Of a stretch of DNA of 64,000 bases, positions 1 to 12,304 are shown piece after piece. The translations under genes were made by a program, and so were the position numbers. Numbering within the stretch: position 1 is the first letter of the stretch; the number at the start of each line of letters is the position of its first letter. This stretch comes from Rhodospirillales bacterium (GTDB lineage: Bacteria; Pseudomonadota; Alphaproteobacteria; Bin95), in assembly GCA_038143065.1 (NCBI GenBank), contig JAYQLI010000038.1, positions 1 through 64,000 of the forward strand, written 5' to 3'. The notes below the pieces were generated by a model. The model searched no databases, was not told where the DNA came from, and saw only the letters and a list, made by a program, of their open reading frames with translations.

Positions 1-22
1 CTTTGAAGTTACGCATTTAAGG

Positions 23-1276
23 TCACACTTTCCTTTTAAATGGCTGTAACCATGATTTTTTATATCCCAGAATGATCCAGCTTAAAGGTGTGAATTTTAT
101 AAGGAGATAGTAAAGAACTACGCTGATAGCGAAAGCCCCAGCTACCACGCCCAATAATACCTGAAATTGAGAAAGGCCCATGCCAATCAATACAGCACTC
201 AAGACTATGCAAGGCGTCAGGTGAAAAATGTAAATTGGGAATGAAAGTGTCACTAGCCAATCCAACAACTTGTTTGATTTCTTCATGAGTTGGTGAGTGG
301 CTAGTGTAAAGAAGACGGCCCAAAGCACTGCATTTAACCCCTTAAGCAACGAAATCCTGAAGGCTTCAGCTTTCGTTTCTGCTGGGATCGCACCGTAGCC
401 CCAGATGCCTGATAGGTCTGGAAGCAAAATATAAAATACTCCAGCCGCCGCAATTAAGCTGAGGATTGTGAGGATCGTACTGTTTGCCGAAATTAGTAAA
501 AAGCGATTTGAATATAGCCACATCCCAGAGCAAAACCATGCAAAGAAGTACAAGAAACCGCCTAGTTTTATCGTGTGGTAGTGACTTGCCACACCGACGT
601 GTCCACCATCTAGTTGGTCTAATGCTGGCCTAACCGCAACCAGAACGGTGGCGATTATCAAAAGTATAATGATAGCTTTGGTGCTGTTATGTAACGTATC
701 AGTATTTTCCGAAGATGACTTCAGCGCAGCGAAGAAACCCGTGATACAGCTGAAGATAAACAGATAGTAAAGAAACCAGATATGCTCCAGCTTTCCGTCA
801 AAGCGCCCATCCATTAAATCAAATAATGATGCAAACAGGAGGGTGGTAATCGCAAGTTTTATAAATCTATCGGTAATGAATTGCCTTGTCGTGCGTTTGG
901 AAAGAACAAGTGCTGTGAAAAAGCCAGAGATCATGAAGAATACTGTCATCCGCCAACTATGTAACCAATAGACGATTGCAGACAACCACGCCTCCATTGG
1001 TGGCATAGTGGCGCTGGACACACCAAAATCTTTGAAGCCATCTGCCATGACTGGAATGTAGTAAAGCATTGGTGCGTGGAAAACTAACCCCATCAGCATT
1101 GCCATTGCACGCAAGAAGTCTAACCCGTGGAACCGTTCAGAACCAACATATGAGTTAGGTGCTGTTTGGCGTTCTATGTTTCTTTTTTTACCAGTCGCCA
1201 CGAATTTTTCGGAAGAACGCTTTTTACTTTTAAGTTCAGCAACTCTATCTTGCAGCTCCGACAGTTTATCTTCCAT
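23..1276 (-). CDS. Acyltransferase family 3 (OpgC/MdoC-like) membrane protein
   Basis: Intact 417-aa ORF with R-x-x-GLDFLRA...H, WRMTVFFMISGFF and HIWFLYYL motifs; many transmembrane segments. Confidence 0.85.
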   Translation of the reverse strand: MEDKLSELQDRVAELKSKKRSSEKFVATGKKRNIERQTAPNSYVGSERFHGLDFLRAMAMLMGLVFHAPMLYYIPVMADGFKDFGVSSATMPPMEAWLSAIVYWLHSWRMTVFFMISGFFTALVLSKRTTRQFITDRFIKLAITTLLFASLFDLMDGRFDGKLEHIWFLYYLFIFSCITGFFAALKSSSENTDTLHNSTKAIIILLIIATVLVAVRPALDQLDGGHVGVASHYHTIKLGGFLYFFAWFCSGMWLYSNRFLLISANSTILTILSLIAAAGVFYILLPDLSGIWGYGAIPAETKAEAFRISLLKGLNAVLWAVFFTLATHQLMKKSNKLLDWLVTLSFPIYIFHLTPCIVLSAVLIGMGLSQFQVLLGVVAGAFAISVVLYYLLIKFTPLSWIILGYKKSWLQPFKRKV

Positions 1277-1321
1277 AGGTTCGCACCGCCTTGTGTTGCT
1301 TAAGTTTTGGCATGAAAATAC

Positions 1322-1645
1322 CTAGGAAGGTGATCTTGTTTCAAATCCATCTAACCATAGCATAGAGGGTGGGCCATCCATTACTGCAAGGAAAGTTTGC
1401 ATGAATTTACTATCTTCTAACCGTTCTGGTATAGAATTGTAGTTGGCAAAGTCTTCTTGCGTTTCCCACTTTTCCCAAAGGTTCCACTTAAGATTACCTT
1501 CTTCATCCGTGGAGTAACCAAACTCTGCAGAGATAAAGCCTTTTTGCTTACTAGTTAAGGCAATTCCTTCTGGTGAATTTAGCATGGCTTCCCACTCAGC
1601 TCTTTTAGCGGTTGATAAGGGAACTTGAATTAAAATCGTGTTCAT
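1322..1645 (-). CDS. ABM (antibiotic biosynthesis monooxygenase)-like dimeric alpha/beta barrel protein
   Basis: 107 aa; QKGFIS...LWEKWETQEDF pattern typical of the ABM domain. Confidence 0.65.
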   Translation of the reverse strand: MNTILIQVPLSTAKRAEWEAMLNSPEGIALTSKQKGFISAEFGYSTDEEGNLKWNLWEKWETQEDFANYNSIPERLEDSKFMQTFLAVMDGPPSMLWLDGFETRSPS

Positions 1646-1751
1646 AAGTCTTTTCCAGATATTGTGGTTTCCATATGTATGTGGGTAGCACGCTAGTGGT
1701 CGTAATGATCTGTACTAGTACAGAAACTGTACCCAATTACGCTGGAGTTTG

Positions 1752-1787
1752 AAAAGTGAGGCCAGCATGACTACGGACTGACCCCAC
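1752..1787 (-). terminator. Putative intrinsic terminator downstream of the DUF3303-like gene
   Basis: Minus strand GTGGGGTCAG...CTGGCCTCAC stem followed by TTTT. Confidence 0.5.
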
Positions 1788-1873
1788 GTGAGGAGACGTG
1801 TGACCAACGATTAATTGCAGCTCGTTAATCGCACTACAATCGCCACAAACAACGACGCTGCAGTAACTCCAAT

Positions 1874-2160
1874 TTATTGCTGCGCTGCTAGCATTGCATT
1901 CACTAATTTGCGTGCAGTTGCATCGTCTACAACTGGGGTCACTGTTGGAAATGTGCATTGCCCAGACCAACCCATGATCCATGAAGTTAAAGCCTTTTGA
2001 TCTGATGCCTCTACAACAATCCAACCATTGCCATTTGGCACATCATGCCACCGACCGAATAAATTCTGGGAAAAAGCTATTTGTTCTGCGACAACTTGCA
2101 AAAAACGCTTGTGTGTCCGCTTGTTTGTCTCTGTCAACTTGATAAGTACACATGAAAATC
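1874..2160 (-). CDS. DUF3303-like protein (5' end uncertain)
   Basis: GRWHDVPNGNGWIVVEA...W...TPVVDD resembles DUF3303. Confidence 0.6.
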
Positions 2161-2629
2161 ATTAGTTTTTTCCCATTTGTGTCATTCGGAAAAGCCTAAC
2201 CATTGATGGAAAATGCTAGAAAAGTATCTGTACTAACAATTGAACGTTTTGGATAACTTTTTGATTGTAAATAAATGAAAGGAACGTCGTTGTTGTTTTT
2301 TGAAATTATTAAGCGGCGACTTGCAGTTTCTACTTTTAGAGCATTTGGGAATAGTAAAAACATGGAGCTGCAAACATTTGGCATTTGAAGGTGGCAGCTG
2401 AGGAAGTTGATCGTGTTGAACGAATTTGCTTCCAAAGCCTGAAGCCGCTGTTCAATAACAGTCGATCCAGATGCGAGATTAAACGCTTATTCTCATTAAA
2501 GCACCAGAAATTACACGCGTTGCTTCAAAGGGTATGACTGGAAACAGCTCTACATACTGACTGCATTATGAAACGCTTCCAAATGGCTTAGCGACGCATT
2601 TCCAGAGCATTCTTCATCTTAGATAGGCT

Positions 2630-5400
2630 AAATGAAACTGGCTGCCGATAGTTATGGGTACGAAAGTTCAGGCGATGAACCGTTAATACAAAGCCTCATT
2701 AATCCATCGTAAGCATAGTCAATGGATAAGATAACTTTTGTGCTGTTTGTGTCAATTGAACCTCTGCATTGGGCCCCTGTTGGCGAAATATAGACTGCTC
2801 AATGTTAGATTGATGACTGTTATGATCACGAACCCTTGGGTCTGCCAGATATTATTTTTGCAGTTAATTTTTTGTATGCCAGACGTGGGTAGCATTTGCT
2901 GGACGCATTTTTCATTATTTTCAAACAGATCAACTTTTGAGTTGGAAAGATGTGACATCTCAAACTTCAACTTTGGGTGTCTTTGAACAGAATATTGTTG
3001 AAAAAGGCTCCACAAGAAATTTGATAGGAAAAAGGGATTAATGGTCGATCTACAAGAACGTTTGCTCTTGAAAAAGTTTCAGCTGCTGGATGCTAACAGT
3101 TCTTTGTGAGTGAAAAAGATGATACATCGTTTAATGCTATGAAAAGTCAGAGCACAACCTGAACGTTATTTAACTTTACGATAGTAAGTCAGAAAATGAA
3201 GCTTCGTTGTTATATCACTGACTCAACGGACTTAGTCGTTCCTGCAAACTACGAGAATTTGGGAATGTAAAACAACAACGCATTTGAAGCTGAGCAGCTT
3301 CAAAGCGATTCTAATGTTCGCCGAACGTTGTCCTTCAATATCAGCTCCAGAGCTTTGAAGATAGTGCTGTATCAGCCCATCGGCAAAAGTTGCTTCTATG
3401 TGTTACGTGATTTCATTTTTTCAGCTTCAGGACGCGCCATCTCATTCTGATGATCCAGAGCATATCGTTTCATCTTAGGTAGCTAATTGAATGATACGAC
3501 TGACCGTTGGTTGGGGCGTAACTGGGCAGAAATTGATGTTGGTGGCGTCCAATGATGGTTATTGCTGCTGTTTGGGTCAATGAATTGTTGCCATTCAGAA
3601 GGATCAGTAATTGGAATTTTGCTATTCCTGAGACGCAATGGTTAGCTGACAGCAAATTGGCACAAAGTATTTCTACCGTTTTTGATACTGCAAAAAGGCA
3701 TAAATGCCTTTATCACGATATAGATGTCACTTGACATAAACGGTGATTTTCAAATTGAACATGTCCACCAAAATTTGTGTAGGACAAAGGATGGGATTAA
3801 TGAGATCCAACATGAACCGGCAGCCAATACTATTTGATCAAGAAGAGGGCGGTCAAACATTTGATCAACAAATAGAATTTATGAACTTGCTACTACTCAA
3901 AGTTGTTTCCGAAATTTGGCTGGTATGTCAGGTGCTTTAGCCCACTTAAAAACAATATTATGGTTAGCCAAAGAAATTATCCAAGCGCATATACCAAACG
4001 CAATTTTCCGAATGTGGGATATTGTTGATGTTCAGTAGTGTATGGCAAAGATGAAGATGGAGACGTAGCTTATCAATTTAGCGTCGTGGTCGTAGTGGTA
4101 TCAGCAGCCAATATGGGGACTGATGCAGATGTTTTGACGCAGAGACATAGACAATGATGACGTGACTTAGACTTGATGCTATATATCAGGGAAGGTGCTA
4201 ACGGTAAGAATTATTCAAATTTGGGAAAATTTTGGTGCTGAATTTTTCTGAAGTCACGGACGAATGGTTGGATTAACAATGTTTGGTCTAATAATGATTA
4301 CTAGTTGATGTACTTGAAACACAACTGCTGATTTCTTGAATACAGATGTGAAAGAAGAGGAAGTGCTGTTATTTAATGTTTTTTTGAATGTTTGAGTTTT
4401 TGCCAAACCAGCGTATCTGAAATAGTTGTATTTCAAAGATAGATAATCTTGATGAGGTTAAATATTTCCTGGAAAAACATGTTTTTGACGGTTGACTTGA
4501 TCAATCAATACAGATGAGTATGGCGGATTTGATCTTAGATGCTAGCTCACTTTAGTCAAGCAAGTGTCGGAATTTAAAGGTCAATATAGACTTCATTACT
4601 CAAATGAATTTGATAGCTTTGAAGATTGTTAACAAGTTCTGACATGATTTAGAATGGAATTTGGTTGTCTGTAGACTAGCTTTTCCCGCTTGCAGCAATC
4701 GCATTTTGATGGATTGATTACTTAGTTCAATTTTAAATCGTGGGTAGCGTTACCAATGCTTTACAGAAATGGACAAAGAATGTCAAGGATCGTAATCGTT
4801 TTAAAATATTTGCCAGTTTAACTTGCTTAAAGAGAATACCAGTAACCATCGTGATCAATGGTGATATTGACGTCAGCGCCAATCAGCTTTTAGAATAAGA
4901 CCGCAAACCTTTGAAAATGAGGTATCAATTGATCTTTTGTGGATGACAACAATTTAAATAGCAGAAGTATTGAAAACAGAGCAACCATCAGAGGTGGAAA
5001 GTGTTGCTTGGATTCGGCAAACTTTTTGTTGAGGCACCAAAAGTATGAGTTTCAAGAGCGCGCGTTTGATTGCGTGGAATATGTTTAATGCTATTGCTCT
5101 TGGAAGCCCAAAAGGAATTGCCCAAAAAGTATTGGTTACTCTTTAAGTGAGTTTTTTTAAACGTTTGTTGCAGATCGGCTAAATTGAATTCATAATAAAC
5201 CTCCCAAATGGCAAAGCTATCATTAAATCGGGTATTGAGATCACACCAGCTTTATCTTTAAAACTGTTATATTCCAGTTTGAGCTGGATAAAGTTGCACG
5301 CTGAGAATGGGAAGATGTATTTTTACATTCTATCAAGTGTTGCATTAATCATATTCGTCCACGATTTGTTATGATATTGCTGAGGGGATTATCAGCATGT
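2630..5400 (+). pseudogene. Heavily frameshifted FG-GAP/VCBS-repeat-like protein (boundaries approximate)
   Basis: Manually read fragments: GLPDIIFAV (~2840), YENLG (~3250), DING-D (~3735), DIDND-x-DLDLMLY...IQIWENFG (4145-4235), NGDIDV (~4860). Confidence 0.4.
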
Positions 5401-5416
5401 TTATCCTTGAGGTTAG

Positions 5417-5791
5417 ATGTTTCTTAATTTTATTCTGAATTCCCTTTTGTTACCAAATGTTTTGATGGCAGAAATGGATGATGTCCGCCGAAATACCTTG
5501 ATCAATATTTGCACCACGGCACAGAAATCATCTGATCTGGGAACCATTCGCAACGTCGCTAATCAGCTTAAGGATGCTAAGCGACCCGATGACATACTGC
5601 TAGGCAAACAGTATGATGAATGCTTGTTGATCGCATATGGTGAGCCAACACCTTCTGTTGATGTAGAAGCACTATTAAAGAAGATAAATGAGACGGCAGA
5701 GCAATTGCATGCTGATTGTCGTAGTTTGCTGAATGCTTCTCCAGAGGTCGCAATCTCTAATCCAATTTGTAAGGACATACTGCTTAAATGA
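5417..5791 (+). CDS. Hypothetical protein, possibly secreted and Cys-containing
   Basis: Intact 124-aa ORF with upstream GAGG RBS, hydrophobic N-terminus and 4 Cys. Confidence 0.6.
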   Translation: MFLNFILNSLLLPNVLMAEMDDVRRNTLINICTTAQKSSDLGTIRNVANQLKDAKRPDDILLGKQYDECLLIAYGEPTPSVDVEALLKKINETAEQLHADCRSLLNASPEVAISNPICKDILLK

Positions 5792-6248
5792 TGTCCAAGC
5801 TGAGATCATTTCTGTTATTTGCAGGAATTTTGCTTTTGTTGATGCTCACGATAGCTGCGAAGATGGAACATATGTCGTTGTGACACGGGCTATTCCATTT
5901 GGAAGACCAGAGCTAAAAAGGCATAGGACGACTAGCCCCACCAAGAAGGTCGGGTAGTCCCTATGCGCTTGATACCTTCCGTGCCGAGCCGACCGTCGCA
6001 TCAAGGCCCAAAGGTCGCGCACATACGCCTTCGGTTGACCGCTACTTGCGACACCTAGTGTGCTAAATGCCGTGGATCAGGCTTCGGTCTTTCAGACTGC
6101 CCTTGGCGTGTGATCCAGCCTCGTGGTGCGCCTTACAATCATGCTGCCACCGTCATATAACCGTCCAGCATGAAGGTTTTAGTTGCTACGATTTGAAACT
6201 AGTCTTCAATCAGATCAGGAGCGTCGTCTTGATCAGATATTTCGCGAT

Positions 6249-6440
6249 TTAATTCGCGTATCCATTGCGCTTGCCCAGTGTGGGTAGCCACCCTGCTTCA
6301 GCAGATTGTTCCCAAACGTAAAAGGCAAATTTCGTCACTTTATTATCTGTGGCTTGCCGCATGAGTATTGGCCAAGTCCATATAATACGGCGCAGCTCAT
6401 GGCGATCCATCGGCCCATTTAAGTATCTAGAATAGCCCAT
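6249..6440 (-). CDS. Small hypothetical protein of prophage-like element
   Basis: Directly downstream of AlpA; IIWTWP...F...WLPT pattern recalled from alphaproteobacterial integrated elements. Confidence 0.4.
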   Translation of the reverse strand: MGYSRYLNGPMDRHELRRIIWTWPILMRQATDNKVTKFAFYVWEQSAEAGWLPTLGKRNGYAN

Positions 6441-6625
6441 TACGATGCTGTTCCAGACTGCTTAGAAATCCATGCTTTAGCTCTTCAGATTTCCATCCGA
6501 CGGCCCGACGACAGTAACTTGATCGGACGTGGGAACTCCCATTCCAGCATTTTTGCGTAAACTGTAGATTTTGGCAGACCCGTAATATCGCAAACAGTTT
6601 TAATGCGATGTATTTTATTATCCAT
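6440..6625 (-). CDS. AlpA family excisionase/regulator (frameshifted)
   Basis: IHRIKTVCDITGLPKSTVYAKM...FPRPIKL is the AlpA HTH signature. Confidence 0.85.
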
Positions 6626-7283
6626 GATTAATCCCAAGATGTTTAAGTCGTTCTTGGAGCATCTCACGAATTAAGAGTGAATTTTAGGGAAGTGAGTTCG
6701 CTAACTCGTTTCCCATGAGGCCAAAAGTCTTTCTTGCAAGGCGCCAAAGCCGTTTTTTATGCGTTCTCCATGCACTCTGTATCGTCTTTGTGGAAGCCAT
6801 TCTATTGTTTTGCAATTTGTTCAAATACCTTCTGGAAGTATATACTTTTCTCTCAAGGCGCAGACTGATACGATTTAGTAACACCTGCTGAAGTAAAACG
6901 CAAAGTGGGTATCAAAATCGCCTTTCAATTTTCGGGAATTGCCTTTTGCGCCCATAGAAATGACGTTTAAATCTAAGTTTTCAGAACGTTTGAATGATCC
7001 CAACAACGCATCAAAGCATATAATGCATTAGTTGGAATTTTGACTTTAGAATTAGTGAATTCTGCGTTAATGCTTCAATAGCATCGTCATTTTCAAAACC
7101 GTTTTCACAATGTGCAACTATTTCCTTTATAACTTCAAATGCAATGTAAGAATTTGGTATTGAACCTTTGTTTCGTAACTCCTCCAAATAGTCAATTTTG
7201 TGATGAAGTTGCACCATTTTAAGAGCATATTCTGACGTCTTTTCTTCTTAATTTTTCAATGTAATCCGTTAACTGATCTGGGT

Positions 7284-8509
7284 CTAACCATTTAAACCCT
7301 CCAGAAATTTGTGCCAACACTCTAGCAACTTTGCGCGCTCATCTAACAAGTCTGTCCTGTAGTAAGCATGCTCAACCTCTGAGCCAAACTTGTGTGCCAA
7401 CTGTAGTTCTGCGGCCTCCCGTGATTGCCCAGTCTCAGCAACCCAGTCTCTGAACGTTGAGCGTAGGCCATGAGGCACTGCTGGATGCAACGAACGTTGA
7501 TCTACAAACCCTTGCTCGCAACCAGCATGCATTCGCTTCATGAGTGCGGAAAGGGTCATATCTGAAAGAGTGGTTAGTTTTCCTGATTTAAACACCAATC
7601 CTGTTTCATCATTTGTGTCACAGATCAGCTCATACATGGCAGCTGTAATTGGCACTCTATGTTCACGCTTTGCTTTCATGCGCTCTGCTGGACGCGTCCA
7701 AATGCCTAGATAGCCACGTTTATTGGCCTCATCTTCATCAAAGAAATGCACTTCTTCCCAACGCATGCCTCTGATCTCTCCTGACCGTGATGCGGTCATG
7801 GTAAGGAGCATTAGGGCCTTAGTACCTGTTCCATCGCGTTGCTTAAGTTCAGCCCACCATCTCTGAGCGTCCTTAAGTTGCAGGGCAGGGTGGTTTCGTT
7901 TTAATTTTGTTTTGGACTTTTGAGGAAGCAAATGAGAGATTACCCTGCCATGCTGCAGGATTTGGTGGCGACATCATTCCTTTGACGATTGCGTAATCCA
8001 GAACCTTTTCTATCCGCCCACGCAAACGACTTGCGGTCTCCGTTTTGTCTTTCCAGATTGGCTGTAACAGAGCGTGTATCTCATTCACTGTGATTTCATT
8101 CACAGGTATGCTGCCAATTGAGGGAACAGCATATGTCTCAAGTGTTGTGCGCCATTGCGCCCTGTGCTTTGCATTTTTCAATTCATCTAGGATTGAAGGC
8201 AGGGCCAATTCCATAACTTCTTTGAAAGATGGGATCGTCTTTGGCTTTAGCCCTTTCCAGTTTAGGATTGATCCCGCTCTGAGCTAGCGCCTTATTCTCT
8301 GTGGCGATGCGACGGGCTTGTGCCAAAGAAATCCTAGGGTAATTGCCTAAACCCAGTTCAAGTTGTTTGCCGCCAAAACGTATCTTCTGTGACCAGCTTT
8401 TTGATCCTGACTTGCGAACATAAATGTGAAGGCCCGTTCCGCTGTCATCATAGTAACGACCAGCCTCCATATTTGTATTCAAGAGTTGTGCAGTTAGTCT
8501 TTTTGCCAC
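7284..8509 (-). CDS. P4-like tyrosine integrase of element A (two frameshifts)
   Basis: Arm-binding N-terminus GLHIYVRKSGSKSW...LGLGNYP; KHRAQWRTTL; catalytic RSGE, K, HGLR and LAH...AY motifs. Confidence 0.9.
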
Positions 8510-8642
8510 TTCGCCCCCACATTCGCCCCCACAAATTTGTAAGAACATATGAGAATTATCTGGCACTAGTGAGAATAAGTGAAGTATAAAATATCAATAA
8601 AATATTGACTATTTAGTATATATGAGACTTTCGTTTCCGCCA
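8510..8642 (+). mobile_element. Right end (att) of element A: arm-type repeats plus tRNA-3'-like core
   Basis: TTCGCCCCCACA twice at 12-bp period next to the integrase start, AT-rich spacer, then TTCCGCCA at 8635-8642. Confidence 0.6.
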
Positions 8643-8949
8643 TTAACCTAAAGATAACAGTACGTTATATGCAAGCCTCAGTGCTACCCATTATATAACC
8701 CACTTATAATGCGAATGCTTCATTTTCTGCCAATTAACTGAGAGCCCGATTCAGCACTTCTAAATCCATTCAATGGCTATGTTGTCGTTCGTCGCGAGGT
8801 ATATTTGAACTAGGGGGTAGAGGGACCGATGGGGTGGGGCATGGCCGTGCAAATAGGTATCCCGTTCACTTCAAACGCCAATTTTAAAAAACAATTTAAG
8901 GTTGTATTGATTGTAATATATAAATTATGAAGACCATAACAGCGTACAA

Positions 8950-9163
8950 TGCAGTGGCTTAGGCGCGTGCACAGGTTACAGAAATTCGCTCCAATCCATG
9001 CTTCGTTTCACAATCTATTCAATTTGCAAAGATCACTCTCAAAACGCAGTACATTCAAACTTAATCGTGACGCTGCTCTCACCGAGTGGCGCTCCTTAGT
9101 GACCCCGTAGAGTTAAGCTGTCTTATGAATACCGATGCTTAGGCTCCTTTGTCTGACAGCACC
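8950..9163 (+). mobile_element. IS6 family remnant (transposase 3' end and right IR)
   Basis: Near-identical to 38770-38880; ends TTTGTCTGACAGCACC, an IS6-type IR. Confidence 0.8.
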
Positions 9164-9471
9164 ATTTGCAGCATCCCAAGTGCTATCTTCTGGCAGACGA
9201 TCTAGTGCAAGTTCCAGCTCAATGCGCTGTGCATCGGATATATTCGGTAAGACCAATGCATCTAGGGCTTCTACTCCACCTCAGGCAGCCATCACTCGAA
9301 GATTTCCATCAATGATGCGATACGAGCGATCTACAAACAATTGGCTTGATAATGCCTAGTTCAGCAAACATCTGCACTGCTTTACGCAGTTGCTTTTTAG
9401 TATGACGTCGAGCCGGGGAATTTGAACAGTGAAGTTCCCCAATGCCCAACGATGCTGTAGTCACCTTCATG
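9164..9471 (-). pseudogene. ParB/Srx-like N-terminal domain fragment truncated by IS6
   Basis: Across frameshifts: RRHTKKQL...LGIIKPIVVD...IIDGNLRVMAA...ELALDRLPEDSTWD. Confidence 0.6.
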
Positions 9472-9712
9472 GCAACCTCCTATCGTTAGAGAATGGTCAC
9501 TTCACTTTGAAGTACGAACTGAATTTTACTCAGTCTATGGCATGCTTGCGCTGAATTCAAACCAACCACAAAATCATGGCGTGAAAAAGGGTGTAGTTCT
9601 TAAAATTTGCTGAGCTATGTATGCTTTGAAGATAGCGGTTCATTCGTTTTCGGATGCTGTAGCGAAATGTACTAACAGCACCTGAGCCAGGCATAATCGT
9701 TTTGTCATCACA

Positions 9713-11270
9713 CTATCTCATACTTGTAGGCAATAAAGCGTCAGGTATATTTTGGCAGCTTACAGGCCGCAAAAACCGTCGAATTGATAATGTTCCAACG
9801 GATGTGTGACCTAAAAGTTAGTAGACGCTGGATATGGTCCACCGTGAACCATCGCATCACAAACCTCGACTCCTAGCGGGGAAACCATTTGAAGCGAGAT
9901 ACGGCCTGCTTTACGCTCCAAAATCGGCTATCAGGCTTCGTCCTTCTTCTGTATCACCCATACCCATATGAGATCGTGCATGTCAATTGTCCTTGCAGGC
10001 TTTTGGCAACAGCAAGCATTTCATTAAAATCTCCGAACTGTTGCTAAACAATGCCCAGAGGTCCGAAAACTTCCTCTGCAAGTTCATGATTTTTCAGCCA
10101 ATCGTCTCCAGTCGTTTGATAAAGATATGGTGTTGCATTTCGCATATCACAAACAGAAGTTAGTACTTCTTGCACACCGACCGATTTGGCTACGCGATCA
10201 CGCCCTGAGCGGTAGGCCTCTGCAATACCGTCCGTAAGCTGCTGTCTGCGCCGGCGTCTTTTCTAATGCACTTGCCGCTGCGTCGGTAAACCGAGAGAGC
10301 ATCATCCCCTGCCACAACAACTGCAATTCCTGGATTGGTACAAAATTGCCCTGCACTCCATTGTCAGAGAGGCAGCCCCATCCTGATGCGAGCTCATCGC
10401 CGCGTGCAGCCAAAGCGTCTGGAAGCATGAACATTGGATTCTACAGACCCCAATCCTCCAAAAAACGGAATAGGGCTAGTCGCGCTGAGCGCAAAGGTCA
10501 AAAAGTGCACGTCACGCCCCCTAACCACGACCCGGTAAAACCGGACTGCATTCATCAAAGGATGCTGCACAAGAGCTGTCCCCACATCCCACGCTTGCCA
10601 CCTTGGATCAAACTAAACACACCAGCGTGTACACCACATTTATTAATTGCTGCATGGACTGCTTCAGCAACAATTTCACCTGTTCCAGGATGCGCTGAAT
10701 GCCCTTTAACTACTACAGGACAACCTGCGGCTAACGCCGCCGCCGTATCCCCACCAGCTGTCGAGGGCGCAAGGGGAAAATTAGAAGCCCCAAACACTGC
10801 CACAGGTCCTATAGGGCGTTGGACCATTTTGATATCTGGACGCGGTAGAGGTGCACGATCTGGTAATGCAACATCATGCCGCTTATCCAAATATGTACCT
10901 TCTAAAAATGTGTTGCGCAAATAGTCTAAGTTGACCTGTTGTCCGACCTCGTTCACCTTCAAGTCGAGCTTCTGGCAAGCCTGTTTCTGATGTTCCGATC
11001 TCTGTTATTTCAGCTCCGCGAGCATCAATCTCATCGGCAATAACATTCAATAAAGAGCCGCACGTTCTTCAGCTGAGCTATAGCCAAAGCTCCAGAATGC
11101 TTCTTCCGCAGCCTGAACTGCAGTATTGACCAATTCTGGCGTTCCAACAGAAAATGTATGATAATCTCCATGAGCTGGACTCACGACTTTCAAAAACTAT
11201 TTGCACCTTGGACCCAAGTACCCGCAATTAGATGCTTACCATGAGGTTTGAATTTTATATTTTTCGTCAT
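9713..11270 (-). CDS. NADP-dependent aldehyde dehydrogenase, alpha-ketoglutarate semialdehyde dehydrogenase-like (frameshifted)
   Basis: [48 protein letters not shown] and [11 protein letters not shown] motifs. Confidence 0.85.
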
Positions 11271-11383
11271 GCCATTTCGGTCCTTTAGATTGATTGTTCA
11301 TTTCAAATCGATCGCGTCAAAATTGCGATGTATTTCAGATCATGAGCTTTTAACTAACTCAGTTTACTACCTAGCGTCGATTT

Positions 11384-12293
<910 letters not shown>

Positions 12294-12304
12294 TGTAATC
12301 TCCT

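Noticed and set aside
6050-6068. MOB_V-like nic site (TAGTGTG)
   Set aside because: The match is too short and no relaxase is nearby.
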